Below, one piece after another: positions 43,395 to 53,843 of a DNA stretch of 64,000 nt. The stretch lies in sequence record NC_054920.1. One strand, written 5' to 3'. Positions within the stretch are counted from its first letter, which is position 1. Each line of letters opens with the position of its first letter. The DNA is from Escherichia phage vB_EcoM_G9062. The position numbers were made by a program, and so were the translations under genes. The notes beneath the pieces were generated by a model. The model made no database searches. It was not told the origin of the DNA and was given only the letters and a program-made list of their open reading frames with translations.

Positions 43395-44125
43395 AAATTT
43401 TTCCTCTTTAAAATTCTGCCGTGTTTCCAACCTGGCGGTATAATATCATCTTTACCTATAAGCGTGCATTCACTTCCATTATTAATCCATTTCTTACCGC
43501 GGATTCCTTTATAATCTCTTGGTTTTATTTTGTCAAACTTTGCATCAAGTTGATATGACCATCTAAATCCATAAGCATATTGAAATTTACCCTCGGCACA
43601 ATATTTGATATTTGACCCGTTTCCATTAACTGACCGGGACGCTGCCGCAATAGAGTGAAAGGTTTCTATGAAATCCCCATCTAATGAGAATTTATGTATT
43701 TCTACAGATGGGCACGCATATCTATTCACGTTAGATACATGCTGTTTAGTTTCGTTTTTATGATGCTTGCCTAGCATCCCTTTAGGATGAGGATTATTTT
43801 TCCAATATTTCTTAAAGAACTCAGAATTAGCTTTAGCAAATAATTTTCTGTGTAAGCTGTACAATCTGTTATTAATTCTATTGCCAGCTTTATCTGTTGC
43901 CATTAACGTTAACGCAGAGGCAAGACCAAAATGGCCTTCATTTATCTTACATAGTAATAGATGAGCTATAAAATGTTCTCTGGCTGTTAATTCAACTAAA
44001 TTTTCCTTATCATCAGAACCTCCCATACATTTAGGGATTATATGATGTGTCTCTTTATATTCTAGTAAAGATTCCCGAGCCTGAGCTCGGGAAATTAGGT
44101 CGTTATAGATTTTTTGATAATTCAT
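43391..44125 (-). CDS. mobE: HNH homing endonuclease (MobE-like) between nrdA and nrdB
   Basis: 244 aa; HNH motif HHIIPKCMGGSDDKENLVELTAREHFIAH; stop overlaps the nrdB ATG (ATGA); same position as T4 mobE. Confidence 0.85.
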   Translation of the reverse strand: MNYQKIYNDLISRAQARESLLEYKETHHIIPKCMGGSDDKENLVELTAREHFIAHLLLCKINEGHFGLASALTLMATDKAGNRINNRLYSLHRKLFAKANSEFFKKYWKNNPHPKGMLGKHHKNETKQHVSNVNRYACPSVEIHKFSLDGDFIETFHSIAAASRSVNGNGSNIKYCAEGKFQYAYGFRWSYQLDAKFDKIKPRDYKGIRGKKWINNGSECTLIGKDDIIPPGWKHGRILKRKNL

Positions 44126-46389
44126 TACAATTTACACGCTGCGCAATCATCGGCTTTTGGAGTTTCTATTTCATAATCATCAGTACCAGAACCATCGCGG
44201 GTATTATGATAATAGAAATTTTTAATGCCATAATACCATCCGTATAGCATGTCATCAATCATTATTGACATTGGAACCTTTCCTTTTGGAAAAATCTGTG
44301 GGTCATAATATGTATTCGCTGAAGCTGATTGACATACCCATTTCAGCATAATAGCTACCTGCGTAAGATAAGGTTTATTACCTTTCTTAGCTAATTTCCA
44401 TGTATAATCATAGAGGTCTATGTTATGTTCAATATTGGGCACGACTTGATTAAAGGAACCCTCTTTTGATTCTTTAACAGAGACTGGTCCACGTGGAGGC
44501 TCGATACCGTTTGTACTGTTAGAAACTTGGGAAGATGACTCACATGGCATAAGTGCTGATAATGTGCTATTACGGATGCCAAAGAGCTTAAGGTCTTCCC
44601 GCAGCGACGACCAGTCACAAACGTATTTTGGAGCTGCGATTTGGTCAATCTTTTTATTGTACCAGTCGATAGGTAATTCGCCTCGAGACCAACGAGTGTC
44701 TGAATAATATTCGCAAGGTCCTTTTTCTTTGGCGAGCTTAATGGATGCTTTAATGAGTCCATACTGTAATCTCTCAAATAGTTCATGTGTTAAATCGTTA
44801 GCATCTTCATAAGAAGCAAAGTTACTTGCCAGCCAAGCTGCATAGTTAGTAACACCTACACCAAGGTTTCGACGCTTTTTAGCTTTTTCTGCTTCAGGAA
44901 CTGGATATCCTTGGTAATCCAAAAGATTATCAAGAGCACGAACTTGAACTTCTGCTAATTCATTAATTTTATCTTGGTCTTGCCAATCGAAGTTATCCAG
45001 CACAAATGCAGATAACGTGCACAATCCAATTTCAGCATCAGGACTATTCACATCATTTGTTGGAATAGCAATTTCACAGCACAAGTTACTCTGACGAATA
45101 GGTGCCTTTTCACGAATAAACGGAGTATAGTTATTCGTATTATCAATGAACTGTACATAAATTCTTGCTGTTCCTGAACGTTCAGTCATGAGCAATTCAA
45201 ATAGTTCACGGGCTTTAATACGCTTTTTACGAATATTAGGGTCTTTTTCTGCTGCTTCGTATAATTCACGGAAACGGTCTTGGTCTTTAAAATAAGAATA
45301 ATAAAGCTCTCCACCCATTTCATGCGGACTGAACAAAGTAATGTAATCGTTCTTTCCGAATCGTTCCATCATCAAATCATTCAGTTGAACACCATAATCC
45401 ATATGACGAATGCGGTTTTCTTCTACGCCTTTGTTATTTTTCAAAACGAGAAGATTTTCAACTTCCAAATGCCAAATAGGATAATAAGCAGTAGCAGCGC
45501 CGCCACGAATTCCACCCTGTGAACATGATTTAACTGCAGTCTGAAAATGTTTCCAAAAAGGAATAACACCAGTATGGCGTACTTCACCCATGCCAATCTT
45601 AGAACCTTCGGCACGAATCATACCAACGTTAATACCAATTCCAGCGCGTTTAGAGATATATTCAACAATTGAAGCGGAAGCCTTGTTGATAGACTTTAAT
45701 GAATCACCTGCCTCAATAACAACACATGAACTAAACTGTCGAGTCGGAGTACGACAACCAGCCATAATAGGAGTTGGTAATGAAATCTGTCGAGTAGATA
45801 CTGCTTCATAAAAACGAATAACGTGTTTTAATCTATCAACAGGTTCATCTTGATGCAAGGCCATTCCAATAGTCATAAATGCAAACTGTGGAGTTTCATA
45901 AATTTGACCAGTGGTTTTATCTTTAACTAGATATTTTTCTTTTAATTGCATCGCCCCGGAATAAGTAAATTCCATATCCCGTTCGTGCTTAATTTTTGAT
46001 TCTAAAAATGTAATTTCTTCTGCTGAATATTTTGACAACAGTTCAGGGTCGTATTTACCTTCATTTACACAGTAAGAAATATGGTCAATAAATGAACGCG
46101 GTTCATACTGCCCATAAACATGCTTACGAAGAGCGAACATTAGACAACGTGCAGCTACATATTGATAATCAGGCTCTTCAACCGAAATAGAATTCGCAGC
46201 GGCCTTAATGACAATAGTCTGAATATCATCAGTTGTCATTCCATCACGGAGATAAGATTTAATATTTTCATATAATTCATAAGGATCTACTGATGTTCCC
46301 TCAGCTGCCCAAGATAAAACTTTAATAATTTTTTGTGGGTCAAAGCTCTGAGAAACACCACTACTTTTGATAACATTAATTAATTGCAT
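44125..46389 (-). CDS. nrdA: ribonucleotide reductase large subunit NrdA
   Basis: 754 aa, matches T4 NrdA. Confidence 0.95.
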   Translation of the reverse strand: MQLINVIKSSGVSQSFDPQKIIKVLSWAAEGTSVDPYELYENIKSYLRDGMTTDDIQTIVIKAAANSISVEEPDYQYVAARCLMFALRKHVYGQYEPRSFIDHISYCVNEGKYDPELLSKYSAEEITFLESKIKHERDMEFTYSGAMQLKEKYLVKDKTTGQIYETPQFAFMTIGMALHQDEPVDRLKHVIRFYEAVSTRQISLPTPIMAGCRTPTRQFSSCVVIEAGDSLKSINKASASIVEYISKRAGIGINVGMIRAEGSKIGMGEVRHTGVIPFWKHFQTAVKSCSQGGIRGGAATAYYPIWHLEVENLLVLKNNKGVEENRIRHMDYGVQLNDLMMERFGKNDYITLFSPHEMGGELYYSYFKDQDRFRELYEAAEKDPNIRKKRIKARELFELLMTERSGTARIYVQFIDNTNNYTPFIREKAPIRQSNLCCEIAIPTNDVNSPDAEIGLCTLSAFVLDNFDWQDQDKINELAEVQVRALDNLLDYQGYPVPEAEKAKKRRNLGVGVTNYAAWLASNFASYEDANDLTHELFERLQYGLIKASIKLAKEKGPCEYYSDTRWSRGELPIDWYNKKIDQIAAPKYVCDWSSLREDLKLFGIRNSTLSALMPCESSSQVSNSTNGIEPPRGPVSVKESKEGSFNQVVPNIEHNIDLYDYTWKLAKKGNKPYLTQVAIMLKWVCQSASANTYYDPQIFPKGKVPMSIMIDDMLYGWYYGIKNFYYHNTRDGSGTDDYEIETPKADDCAACKL

Positions 46390-46706
46390 AAGTCCTCAAC
46401 TTGAAAATCGTCTTTAAACAATCGGTTAACTATATGAGCTATTATATCACCATGACACGGCTTTGGTTTACATGTGCATCCTAGCCTCATTCCACGTAAA
46501 GGCTCTAAATGTGCTTTAGTTATTTCTCCGGATTTAATTCGACGTATAAAATCTTTTTTGAATAATTCAATGGCAGCCTCCCGGCTGCCAGCATCTTTAC
46601 CGACGTAATTTCCCCAAAATGTACCGCGGTGAATATTAACATCAAAGTCGGATTTATATTTATTCACTACCTGGCATAGACGGCCCGCGCGGTGATAATT
46701 CGTCAT
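46380..46706 (-). CDS. hypothetical protein (nrdA.1-like) with Cys/His motif
   Basis: 108-aa ORF containing [12 protein letters not shown]. Confidence 0.6.
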   Translation of the reverse strand: MTNYHRAGRLCQVVNKYKSDFDVNIHRGTFWGNYVGKDAGSREAAIELFKKDFIRRIKSGEITKAHLEPLRGMRLGCTCKPKPCHGDIIAHIVNRLFKDDFQVEDLCN

Positions 46707-46935
46707 ATTGTTTTTCCGTTAAAACAGTAATATCATAGTAACAATCAGAAGAAGTTTTAACTGTAGAAATTTTATTATCAAAATACTCACGAGTCATTTT
46801 ATGAGTATAATATTTTTTGCCATAAATGATAATAGGCTGATTTGGTCCTGGAACTTCTAGCTCACTTGGATTAGGAAGTGTAAAAAGAACTGCACCAGAA
46901 GTATCTTTAAATCGTAAAATCATATATCCTCGCAA
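46660..46935 (-). CDS. hypothetical protein (nrdA.2-like)
   Basis: 91-aa ORF. Confidence 0.55.
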   Translation of the reverse strand: MRGYMILRFKDTSGAVLFTLPNPSELEVPGPNQPIIIYGKKYYTHKMTREYFDNKISTVKTSSDCYYDITVLTEKQYDELSPRGPSMPGSE

Positions 46936-46946
46936 TTAAATTGAAA

Positions 46947-47807
46947 TTACACCGCCATCTTTCCTTTAATTGGCGGGTGAGATACATAGTTGTTAAGAAC
47001 AAAATTATGCGGCTTTGCGAATTGACTCAACCAAAATACCTGTGATTCTGTACCCCATTCATCGAATTCATCTGGAAATTTTAATTGCAATTCGCATAAA
47101 TCCATAGGTTCACGACGCAAAATTTCTTTACATTGTTCTACGTGATTCATATAGATATGAGTATTACCACCAGAAAATATCAAATCTCCCGGAATAAGAT
47201 TACACATCTTAGCTACAATATGAACTAACGCAGCGTATGATGCAATGTTGAATGGCAAGCCCAAGAACACGTCAACACTTCTTTGATACCACTGTAAATC
47301 CAAATAGCCATTACGCACATTAAACTGATAGAACATATGACAAGGAGGTAATGCCATTTGCTTAAGTTCTGCCGGATTCCATGCTGAAACAATTTGACGC
47401 CTATCATTTGGCAGTTTTTTAATACGATCAATAACTTCTATAATTTGGTCTACACCGCCAAAATCACGCCATTGTTTTCCATAAATTGGACCAAGTTCAC
47501 CGCTATGGTATCCTAAATCTTTTGCTTGATTTTCGTAATTTTCATCCCAGACTGTTTTGCCTTGAATTAATGAATTATGTTGAATTAATCGCAAATCATT
47601 TACGTTAGTACTTCCTGATAAGAACCACAATAACTCAGAAATACATGCATTCCAGGCGAGCTTCTTAGTTGTTACTGCAGGAAAACCTTTAGTTAAATCC
47701 CAGCGTAATTTAGTACCGAACAAAGCAATTGTTCCTGTGCCTGTTCGGTCATCGGTTTCATAGCCATTTTCAAAAATGTCTTTAATTAAATCTTGGTATT
47801 GTTTCAT
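46947..47807 (-). CDS. td: thymidylate synthase (intron-less)
   Basis: 286 aa continuous ORF matching T4 Td exon product; no group I intron. Confidence 0.95.
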   Translation of the reverse strand: MKQYQDLIKDIFENGYETDDRTGTGTIALFGTKLRWDLTKGFPAVTTKKLAWNACISELLWFLSGSTNVNDLRLIQHNSLIQGKTVWDENYENQAKDLGYHSGELGPIYGKQWRDFGGVDQIIEVIDRIKKLPNDRRQIVSAWNPAELKQMALPPCHMFYQFNVRNGYLDLQWYQRSVDVFLGLPFNIASYAALVHIVAKMCNLIPGDLIFSGGNTHIYMNHVEQCKEILRREPMDLCELQLKFPDEFDEWGTESQVFWLSQFAKPHNFVLNNYVSHPPIKGKMAV

Positions 47808-47852
47808 TTAGTACCTTATATAAATTATAATACATTTTATGAAGCTAAATAA

Positions 47853-48200
47853 TCAATACGGTTTAGCATCAAATTTTCTCTCAATTTCAGGCGTGAAATA
47901 TAATTCTTTACCGCGTTTGGAAAAGCGACCAATAATATGATAATTATTCTCATCAAACGTGATATTACCAATATCCATAGCTTTCAACCAAATATCGATA
48001 TTTCTATCCAGCTTTATGTCAAAATTCCAATACGGTGAACTATTACCGAAAATACTGCAAGCGGATTCAGTGAAACAACTGCTATAAATCTTGTCTTTAG
48101 GAACTACTAATTGATAGACACCTTTAATAAACTGAGGACCCTGCCACTTTGGCTGTTTCGTGTCTTTTTCTAATAGAATAGGGTAATAATTAAAATTCAT
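47853..48200 (-). CDS. hypothetical protein inserted between frd and td
   Basis: 115-aa ORF with ATG start; occupies the position where frd and td abut in T4 as recalled. Confidence 0.6.
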   Translation of the reverse strand: MNFNYYPILLEKDTKQPKWQGPQFIKGVYQLVVPKDKIYSSCFTESACSIFGNSSPYWNFDIKLDRNIDIWLKAMDIGNITFDENNYHIIGRFSKRGKELYFTPEIERKFDAKPY

Positions 48201-48219
48201 ATTTCCGCCACGCGTTATT

Positions 48220-49046
<827 letters not shown>

Positions 49047-49057
49047 ATTATCTCCTA

Positions 49058-49390
49058 TTAAAAAGGATCAGGAACATATCCGCTAGCTTTAATCATTTTA
49101 ATTAACGTTAACATTCCTTTGTTAACTGCTCGTGAGATTTCATCAAAAACTTCATCACTAAAAAGTTCTAACACGCCCTTCTGAACTTTTAATTTACAGC
49201 CAACAATTTCGTCATCTCCTATAGTAAATTCGCTTCCGCCAATTCCGCCGAAAAACTTAATTACGCCAGTTAACTGTCTTCCACGAGAATATGGGTCGTG
49301 TGATAAAGTAATATGAGTCACCCCGGGTACAGTTTTAAATTGGCAGCGAATATTTACTTGTGAAATTCCAATTACATGAATGTCAGACAT
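49058..49390 (-). CDS. hypothetical protein (frd.2-like)
   Basis: 110-aa ORF. Confidence 0.6.
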   Translation of the reverse strand: MSDIHVIGISQVNIRCQFKTVPGVTHITLSHDPYSRGRQLTGVIKFFGGIGGSEFTIGDDEIVGCKLKVQKGVLELFSDEVFDEISRAVNKGMLTLIKMIKASGYVPDPF

Positions 49391-49400
49391 AATATTTTCC

Positions 49401-49643
49401 TCAAATAGACTTTTTCACAATTTTCCAATCAGCTTTAAACTGATCGACGTCAGAGTGATAAATCCAAAATCCTGCGCTTTCACCGTCTTCATAAAGCGGA
49501 CACCCATCACATTCATCTTCCCATCCCATGCCACGTAAAAGGTGTTCAGCTTTTTCAACAAGTTCAGAATCTTTACCGATGATATTAAAATACCATTTAC
49601 CTCTAACTTCTGAATCTTTGATACTCTGACGTTGTAATCTCAT
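49401..49643 (-). CDS. hypothetical protein (frd.3-like)
   Basis: 80-aa ORF. Confidence 0.6.
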   Translation of the reverse strand: MRLQRQSIKDSEVRGKWYFNIIGKDSELVEKAEHLLRGMGWEDECDGCPLYEDGESAGFWIYHSDVDQFKADWKIVKKSI

Positions 49644-49653
49644 TTTATTCTCC

Positions 49654-49722
49654 TTAGCAAGCTTTAATCAAAAGATATAAACAGACCAACATAACTGCTG
49701 CCATAATATAAGGTGCGAACAT
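49654..49722 (-). CDS. candidate small hydrophobic peptide (22 aa), not in the ORF track
   Basis: ATG preceded by GGAG RBS at 8-nt spacing; translation MFAPYIMAAVMLVCLYLLIKAC; early-promoter-like element directly upstream. Confidence 0.35.
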   Translation of the reverse strand: MFAPYIMAAVMLVCLYLLIKAC

Positions 49723-49752
49723 TTTCTTTTCTCCATTAGTTTTGATAGGGTA

Positions 49753-49782
49753 ATAGTATCACACTACTACCCTTTTGTAAAC
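49753..49782 (-). promoter_or_regulatory. T4-type early promoter candidate (GTTTAC-N18-TACTAT)
   Basis: Minus strand GTTTACaaaagggtagtagtgtgaTACTAT upstream of the small peptide ORF and the frd.3-like gene. Confidence 0.5.
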
Positions 49783-50147
49783 TACTTTTTGAAAGTTTTT
49801 CGCAAAAGTTCAATGATTTCATCTACATTGTTTTCGTCAACAATGCAGTGAATTTTTGTTACGCCAGAAACTATGTCTTCGGCTCCATCTTCTTCAGAAG
49901 TCGGTTCTTTATACTCGCGAAAACAATGAAATTCGTCTTCACAAACGTTAAAGTAAAAATGCTTTCCATTTGCGCATTCAATGTGTTTTATTACTCTAAA
50001 TCCATCAACAAAGAAAGCTTCTTTAACTTCAAACCATCCACCATTTTCTTGAATAATTTTAACTATCGATGAATTAGAACGTGGGCGATAATTAATAAAT
50101 GTATCAATAAGTCTTGGAACAAGCTCATACTTTTTGCCAATATACAT
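49782..50147 (-). CDS. hypothetical protein
   Basis: 121-aa ORF with ATG start. Confidence 0.6.
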   Translation of the reverse strand: MYIGKKYELVPRLIDTFINYRPRSNSSIVKIIQENGGWFEVKEAFFVDGFRVIKHIECANGKHFYFNVCEDEFHCFREYKEPTSEEDGAEDIVSGVTKIHCIVDENNVDEIIELLRKTFKK

Positions 50148-50167
50148 TACGTTTTCCTCATTTTAAC

Positions 50168-50185
50168 GGGGCTTGTAATAGCCCC
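50168..50185 (-). terminator. hairpin GGGGCT-tgtaat-AGCCCC
   Basis: GC stem between ORFs. Confidence 0.5.
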
Positions 50186-50192
50186 TTGATAA

Positions 50193-50423
50193 TTATTGTT
50201 CAATCAATCCCATGTAAAATTCTGCGTCTTCAGAATCCATACCATCACAATATTCATTAGCCATAAAGCGGGTGAGGTCTTCAAGAGGACCTTCAATGAC
50301 AATAGAAAAATTGCAATAATTGGGATCATCGTGAATACTTGTGATACTAAGTTCAGGATAACGATTACGAATAATTTCTTCGATATATTCAAAATCAACG
50401 ATGTCAATATCAACTTTAGCCAT
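50193..50423 (-). CDS. hypothetical acidic protein (76 aa)
   Basis: ATG at 50423 with strong RBS AGAGGA; track ORF extends 21 codons upstream into the promoter region. Confidence 0.6.
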   Translation of the reverse strand: MAKVDIDIVDFEYIEEIIRNRYPELSITSIHDDPNYCNFSIVIEGPLEDLTRFMANEYCDGMDSEDAEFYMGLIEQ

Positions 50424-50466
50424 ATTATTTTCCTCTTTAATTATCAGCAGTATTGCCGATAGTTGT

Positions 50467-50496
50467 ATAGTACCATGGAAGGACAAGGATGTAAAC
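50467..50496 (-). promoter_or_regulatory. T4-type early promoter candidate (GTTTAC-N18-TACTAT)
   Basis: Minus strand GTTTACatccttgtccttccatggTACTAT. Confidence 0.5.
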
Positions 50497-50526
50497 AGTT
50501 TTGTGAAAAAATTTTTGAAATAAAAA

Positions 50527-50545
50527 AGGGGACCTCTAGGGTCCC
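50527..50545 (-). terminator. intrinsic terminator downstream of gene 32
   Basis: GGGGACC-ctcta-GGGTCCCC hairpin followed by T6 on the minus strand. Confidence 0.75.
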
Positions 50546-50568
50546 CAATTAATTAGTAATATAATCTG

Positions 50569-51477
50569 TTAAAGGTCATTCAAAAGGTCATCTAGGTCCG
50601 TGTCATCAGCACTAGATGAACTGCCAGAGCTTGAGCTCATAAAATCATCTTCAGTTTTTGTTTTGAAGTCATCAACATTGAATGCATCCAAATCATCAGC
50701 AACTTTATCAGCTTTCTTAGCGGCAGTTGCAGCGGCACCACCCATTGCAGCAGTTCCCATAACTTGACTGAACTTAGTGCTCAGTTCTTCAAATGATTTG
50801 AATTTATCTTTAGAAGTCATTTCAGAAAGGTCAACCATTTGTTCGAACAGTTCTTTCTGGAAAGATTCATCGTCAATGTTTGGAATCGCAGATTGATTCA
50901 GGAATTTAGATTCGTCGTAGTTACTAAAACCAGAAACTTGTTTAACTTTCAGTACAAAGTTAGCACCTTCCCACGGGCAAGTTACATCAACCGGAGTTTC
51001 ACCCATTTCAACATCAACTGCAATCATTGCATTGATTTTATCCCAGATTTTCTTACCGAAACGATATTTAAATACTTTACCTTCGTTTTCTGGAGCAGCT
51101 GGGTCTTTTACAACAAGAATGTTAGCCCAGTAAGAAGTTTTACGTTTAACAAGACTGTACTCTTTATTGTCAGTGTTGTACAAATCATTTTTACTGATGT
51201 ACTGACATACTGGACAAGAATCGTAATCACCGTAGGTAGATGAGCATGTTTCGATATACCATTTACCATTTTTCTTGAAACCGTGATTTACAAGAAGTGC
51301 GAATGGTGCTTGTTCATCATTTTTAGACGGAAGAAAACGAATTACTGCTTGGCCGTTACCCGCATTGTCGAGTTTCAGTTTCCACTCGCCTTTATCTTCA
51401 GAAGAAAAACCACCTTTATTTCCAGCCAGTTTAGCCATTTGCGCAGCGAGTTCAGCAGTAGATTTACGTTTAAACAT
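50569..51477 (-). CDS. 32: single-stranded DNA-binding protein gp32
   Basis: 302 aa, matches T4 gp32, including the acidic Ser/Asp-rich C-terminal tail. Confidence 0.97.
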   Translation of the reverse strand: MFKRKSTAELAAQMAKLAGNKGGFSSEDKGEWKLKLDNAGNGQAVIRFLPSKNDEQAPFALLVNHGFKKNGKWYIETCSSTYGDYDSCPVCQYISKNDLYNTDNKEYSLVKRKTSYWANILVVKDPAAPENEGKVFKYRFGKKIWDKINAMIAVDVEMGETPVDVTCPWEGANFVLKVKQVSGFSNYDESKFLNQSAIPNIDDESFQKELFEQMVDLSEMTSKDKFKSFEELSTKFSQVMGTAAMGGAAATAAKKADKVADDLDAFNVDDFKTKTEDDFMSSSSGSSSSADDTDLDDLLNDL

Positions 51478-51545
51478 TTTTATTTCCTTTTTAATTTAAT
51501 TAACAGTTGGTGCTATGACGATGTATGACCTCATAGCTGGTCAGT
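51478..51545 (-). promoter_or_regulatory. gene 32 5' leader: autoregulatory translational operator (pseudoknot plus A/U-rich tract)
   Basis: Leader reads ...cugaccagcuaugaggucauacaucgucauagc... followed by aacuguuaauuaaauuaaaaaggaaauaaaaAUG; corresponds to the known gp32 operator architecture. Confidence 0.6.
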
Positions 51546-51551
51546 GAGATA

Positions 51552-51559
51552 ATTATAAT
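51552..51559 (-). promoter_or_regulatory. late promoter TATAAATA upstream of gene 32
   Basis: Minus strand TATAAATA about 75 nt upstream of the gene 32 ATG. Confidence 0.55.
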
Positions 51560-51577
51560 CTTATTTATAATAAGCAA

Positions 51578-52231
51578 TTAATACTTGCAAGATTTCACAG
51601 TTTCAATGAAAACATTTTTAGCTTTCTGTGAATCAATATTTAAAATTTTTCTATAAGCCTTTAACTTTATAGAATAATTATTCCAGACTAAATTATCAGT
51701 CTGTTCATCATGTTTATCAATTATATTTAAAAACGAATCAAGCAAGATAAACGTCTCAAACGAAATTATGTTCGATTGCAGAAGTTTAAAAATATAACTT
51801 GACTGAACCTTTGGATTATATTCAAAGATTTCTTTAAAAGCAGAAACTTCAACTTTTTTACTAAAATAATAAATGTTGCGAATATCTTCTTCAAACTTAA
51901 ATTTAATTTGCTTTAAGCGTCCGATATATTCACGATAAAACACAAGTGCATCAGCGTCAGAGATGTCACCAATCCAAGCATCCTGGTTAGCAACCAAATT
52001 ACTTATAAAAATTAAAGCAAGTTCCTTTAATTTATATTTTTCTGATAACTTCTGGAAAAAATACTTATCCCTTCGCTTTTGATAAGCGGCATCAGACACC
52101 CGCATGCACCAATTATACTTAATTACATCATACTTTCCATTCATATGCTGTTTTATCATTAAGTATAATTTATAAACTGATTTACCATCAATGTATCTTT
52201 CACCACCAGCAGGCATGCGGAGTTTAATCAT
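51578..52231 (-). CDS. 59: helicase loader gp59
   Basis: 217 aa, matches T4 gp59. Confidence 0.93.
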   Translation of the reverse strand: MIKLRMPAGGERYIDGKSVYKLYLMIKQHMNGKYDVIKYNWCMRVSDAAYQKRRDKYFFQKLSEKYKLKELALIFISNLVANQDAWIGDISDADALVFYREYIGRLKQIKFKFEEDIRNIYYFSKKVEVSAFKEIFEYNPKVQSSYIFKLLQSNIISFETFILLDSFLNIIDKHDEQTDNLVWNNYSIKLKAYRKILNIDSQKAKNVFIETVKSCKY

Positions 52232-52566
52232 AGTAGAAAATCTAATGTATTAGTTTTTTCACAACGAACAACAGAAGGACGTAAAAGATTTTCGTCAATA
52301 GCTTCTGACTGAATTTTTTCAATTATACCCGAAGGAATAAATTTAGCAAATTGAGTTTCAGGAATAGAATTTTCTTCTAAGAATGCTGTTGTAGCTTCAA
52401 GATAACTCATTCCAAACTCTTCTACCATTTTTTCAATAATAAATCCATTTTCTTGGCGGTCAAGAAGCTTTGCAATTTCATCCTTTTCTTTCTTAATTGA
52501 AAGTTCTTTTTCTGAAAGTCCGGTCTCATCGACCGGACGAATATCATTTAGAGAAAACTGTGTCAT
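52228..52566 (-). CDS. 33: late-transcription co-activator gp33
   Basis: 112 aa from the ATG at 52566 (MTQFSLNDIRPV...), matches T4 gp33. Confidence 0.88.
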   Translation of the reverse strand: MTQFSLNDIRPVDETGLSEKELSIKKEKDEIAKLLDRQENGFIIEKMVEEFGMSYLEATTAFLEENSIPETQFAKFIPSGIIEKIQSEAIDENLLRPSVVRCEKTNTLDFLL

Positions 52567-52813
52567 AAAGTTCAACTACCTCTTCAGTTTCAGCTTCAAA
52601 CACATCACGATTATCTTTATGATACAAAGCTAACAGACGATTAAACATCTTACCATCAACGCCAAGTTCATCTTTGGCACGAATTCGAATATCTTTAATC
52701 AATTCATTATAACCAGAAATTTTCAGTTTATGATCAGATGCTTCTTTAATAAATTTAGCCAAGTCTTCGCCATGGATAGCTTCATCAAATTCAACCATTT
52801 CTTTTTTAGCCAT
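52544..52813 (-). CDS. dsbA: double-stranded DNA-binding protein DsbA
   Basis: 89 aa, matches T4 DsbA in length and position. Confidence 0.85.
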   Translation of the reverse strand: MAKKEMVEFDEAIHGEDLAKFIKEASDHKLKISGYNELIKDIRIRAKDELGVDGKMFNRLLALYHKDNRDVFEAETEEVVELYDTVFSK

Positions 52814-52821
52814 TATTCACC

Positions 52822-53739
52822 TCAAAATTCATTAATGCTATTAGTTAATTTAGAAAGACCCGCTTTTACAAAATATGAATAAATTTTGCCGCGCGGTGGT
52901 AATTTATATGAATTATAGTAATTCACAATGTTTGAAGCAATATTATCAGGAATATAATCAAAATCAATTAGAACTAAATTTTCTTTATAACGATTATATT
53001 CAGATTCTGTGAGAAGCACCTTAGCTTGCTCACGGTCATTAGCAATAGCTTCAACAATAGAGGTTTTCATTGAAGGAGTTCGTTCACCTTCAACTCTGGT
53101 AAACCAAAAGTCAGATCGTACTTTAACTGAAGCAACGTTATCCTTTTTGTCGCCTTTAAGGATTTTAGTCATACAGTCAATTTCAGCAGAACCGCTTTTA
53201 ATTTTAACCCATTTCTTGTGCATCGGTGACCATTGCTTAACATTTGGGTATTTGTGAAGTTGAGTAAAGTCACCATCCGACGAAATGATTAAAATCTTAT
53301 GTCCTTCTAAAGAGAACTTTTTAACAAGAACAGCGATATGATCATCTGCTTCATACTTATCAATATCCATAACGATGTATGGCATATAAGCTTTCAATTC
53401 ATCTATAACTTTATGACTGGATTCAAAATAACCTTCCCAGTCCCAAGTAGATTCTTCTCGTGCTTTTCCACGGTTTTTCTTATAATAATAAGCGAAATCA
53501 CGACGCCAGTATCCAGATTTCGCATTATCAATACACAATACAATTTTAGTGTATCCAAGAGTTTTTGCTTTTTTAACATTGAACTTAATTGAGTTCAATA
53601 TCAAATGACGAACCATTGATAAATTAATTTTTTCTTTATCTGGGAAGTTTACCAGAGCAGTTGAAAGCGCAATCTGACTAAAGTCAATTAAGCAAATTCC
53701 TTCTTTGTAATCTTCATCCAGCATCATTTCTAAATCCAT
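52822..53739 (-). CDS. rnh: RNase H (5'-3' exonuclease, FEN family)
   Basis: 305 aa from the ATG at 53739 (MDLEMMLDEDYKEG...), matches T4 RNase H; track start is an upstream TTG. Confidence 0.93.
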   Translation of the reverse strand: MDLEMMLDEDYKEGICLIDFSQIALSTALVNFPDKEKINLSMVRHLILNSIKFNVKKAKTLGYTKIVLCIDNAKSGYWRRDFAYYYKKNRGKAREESTWDWEGYFESSHKVIDELKAYMPYIVMDIDKYEADDHIAVLVKKFSLEGHKILIISSDGDFTQLHKYPNVKQWSPMHKKWVKIKSGSAEIDCMTKILKGDKKDNVASVKVRSDFWFTRVEGERTPSMKTSIVEAIANDREQAKVLLTESEYNRYKENLVLIDFDYIPDNIASNIVNYYNSYKLPPRGKIYSYFVKAGLSKLTNSINEF

Positions 53740-53801
53740 ATGAACCTCGTTCAATTAGTGAGATTTCTATTATATACTATCTAAATCTTAAAGTAAACAG
53801 G

Positions 53802-53809
53802 TATAAATA
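53802..53809 (+). promoter_or_regulatory. late promoter TATAAATA upstream of gene 34
   Basis: Exact TATAAATA 35 nt before the ATG. Confidence 0.7.
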
Positions 53810-53843
53810 CTTATTATTGAAAACACAATAGGAGCCCGGGAGA

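Noticed and set aside
46947-47807. Possible group I intron in td (and in nrdB at 42216..43394)
   Set aside because: Both genes translate as single uninterrupted ORFs of the expected exon length; no insertion is present.
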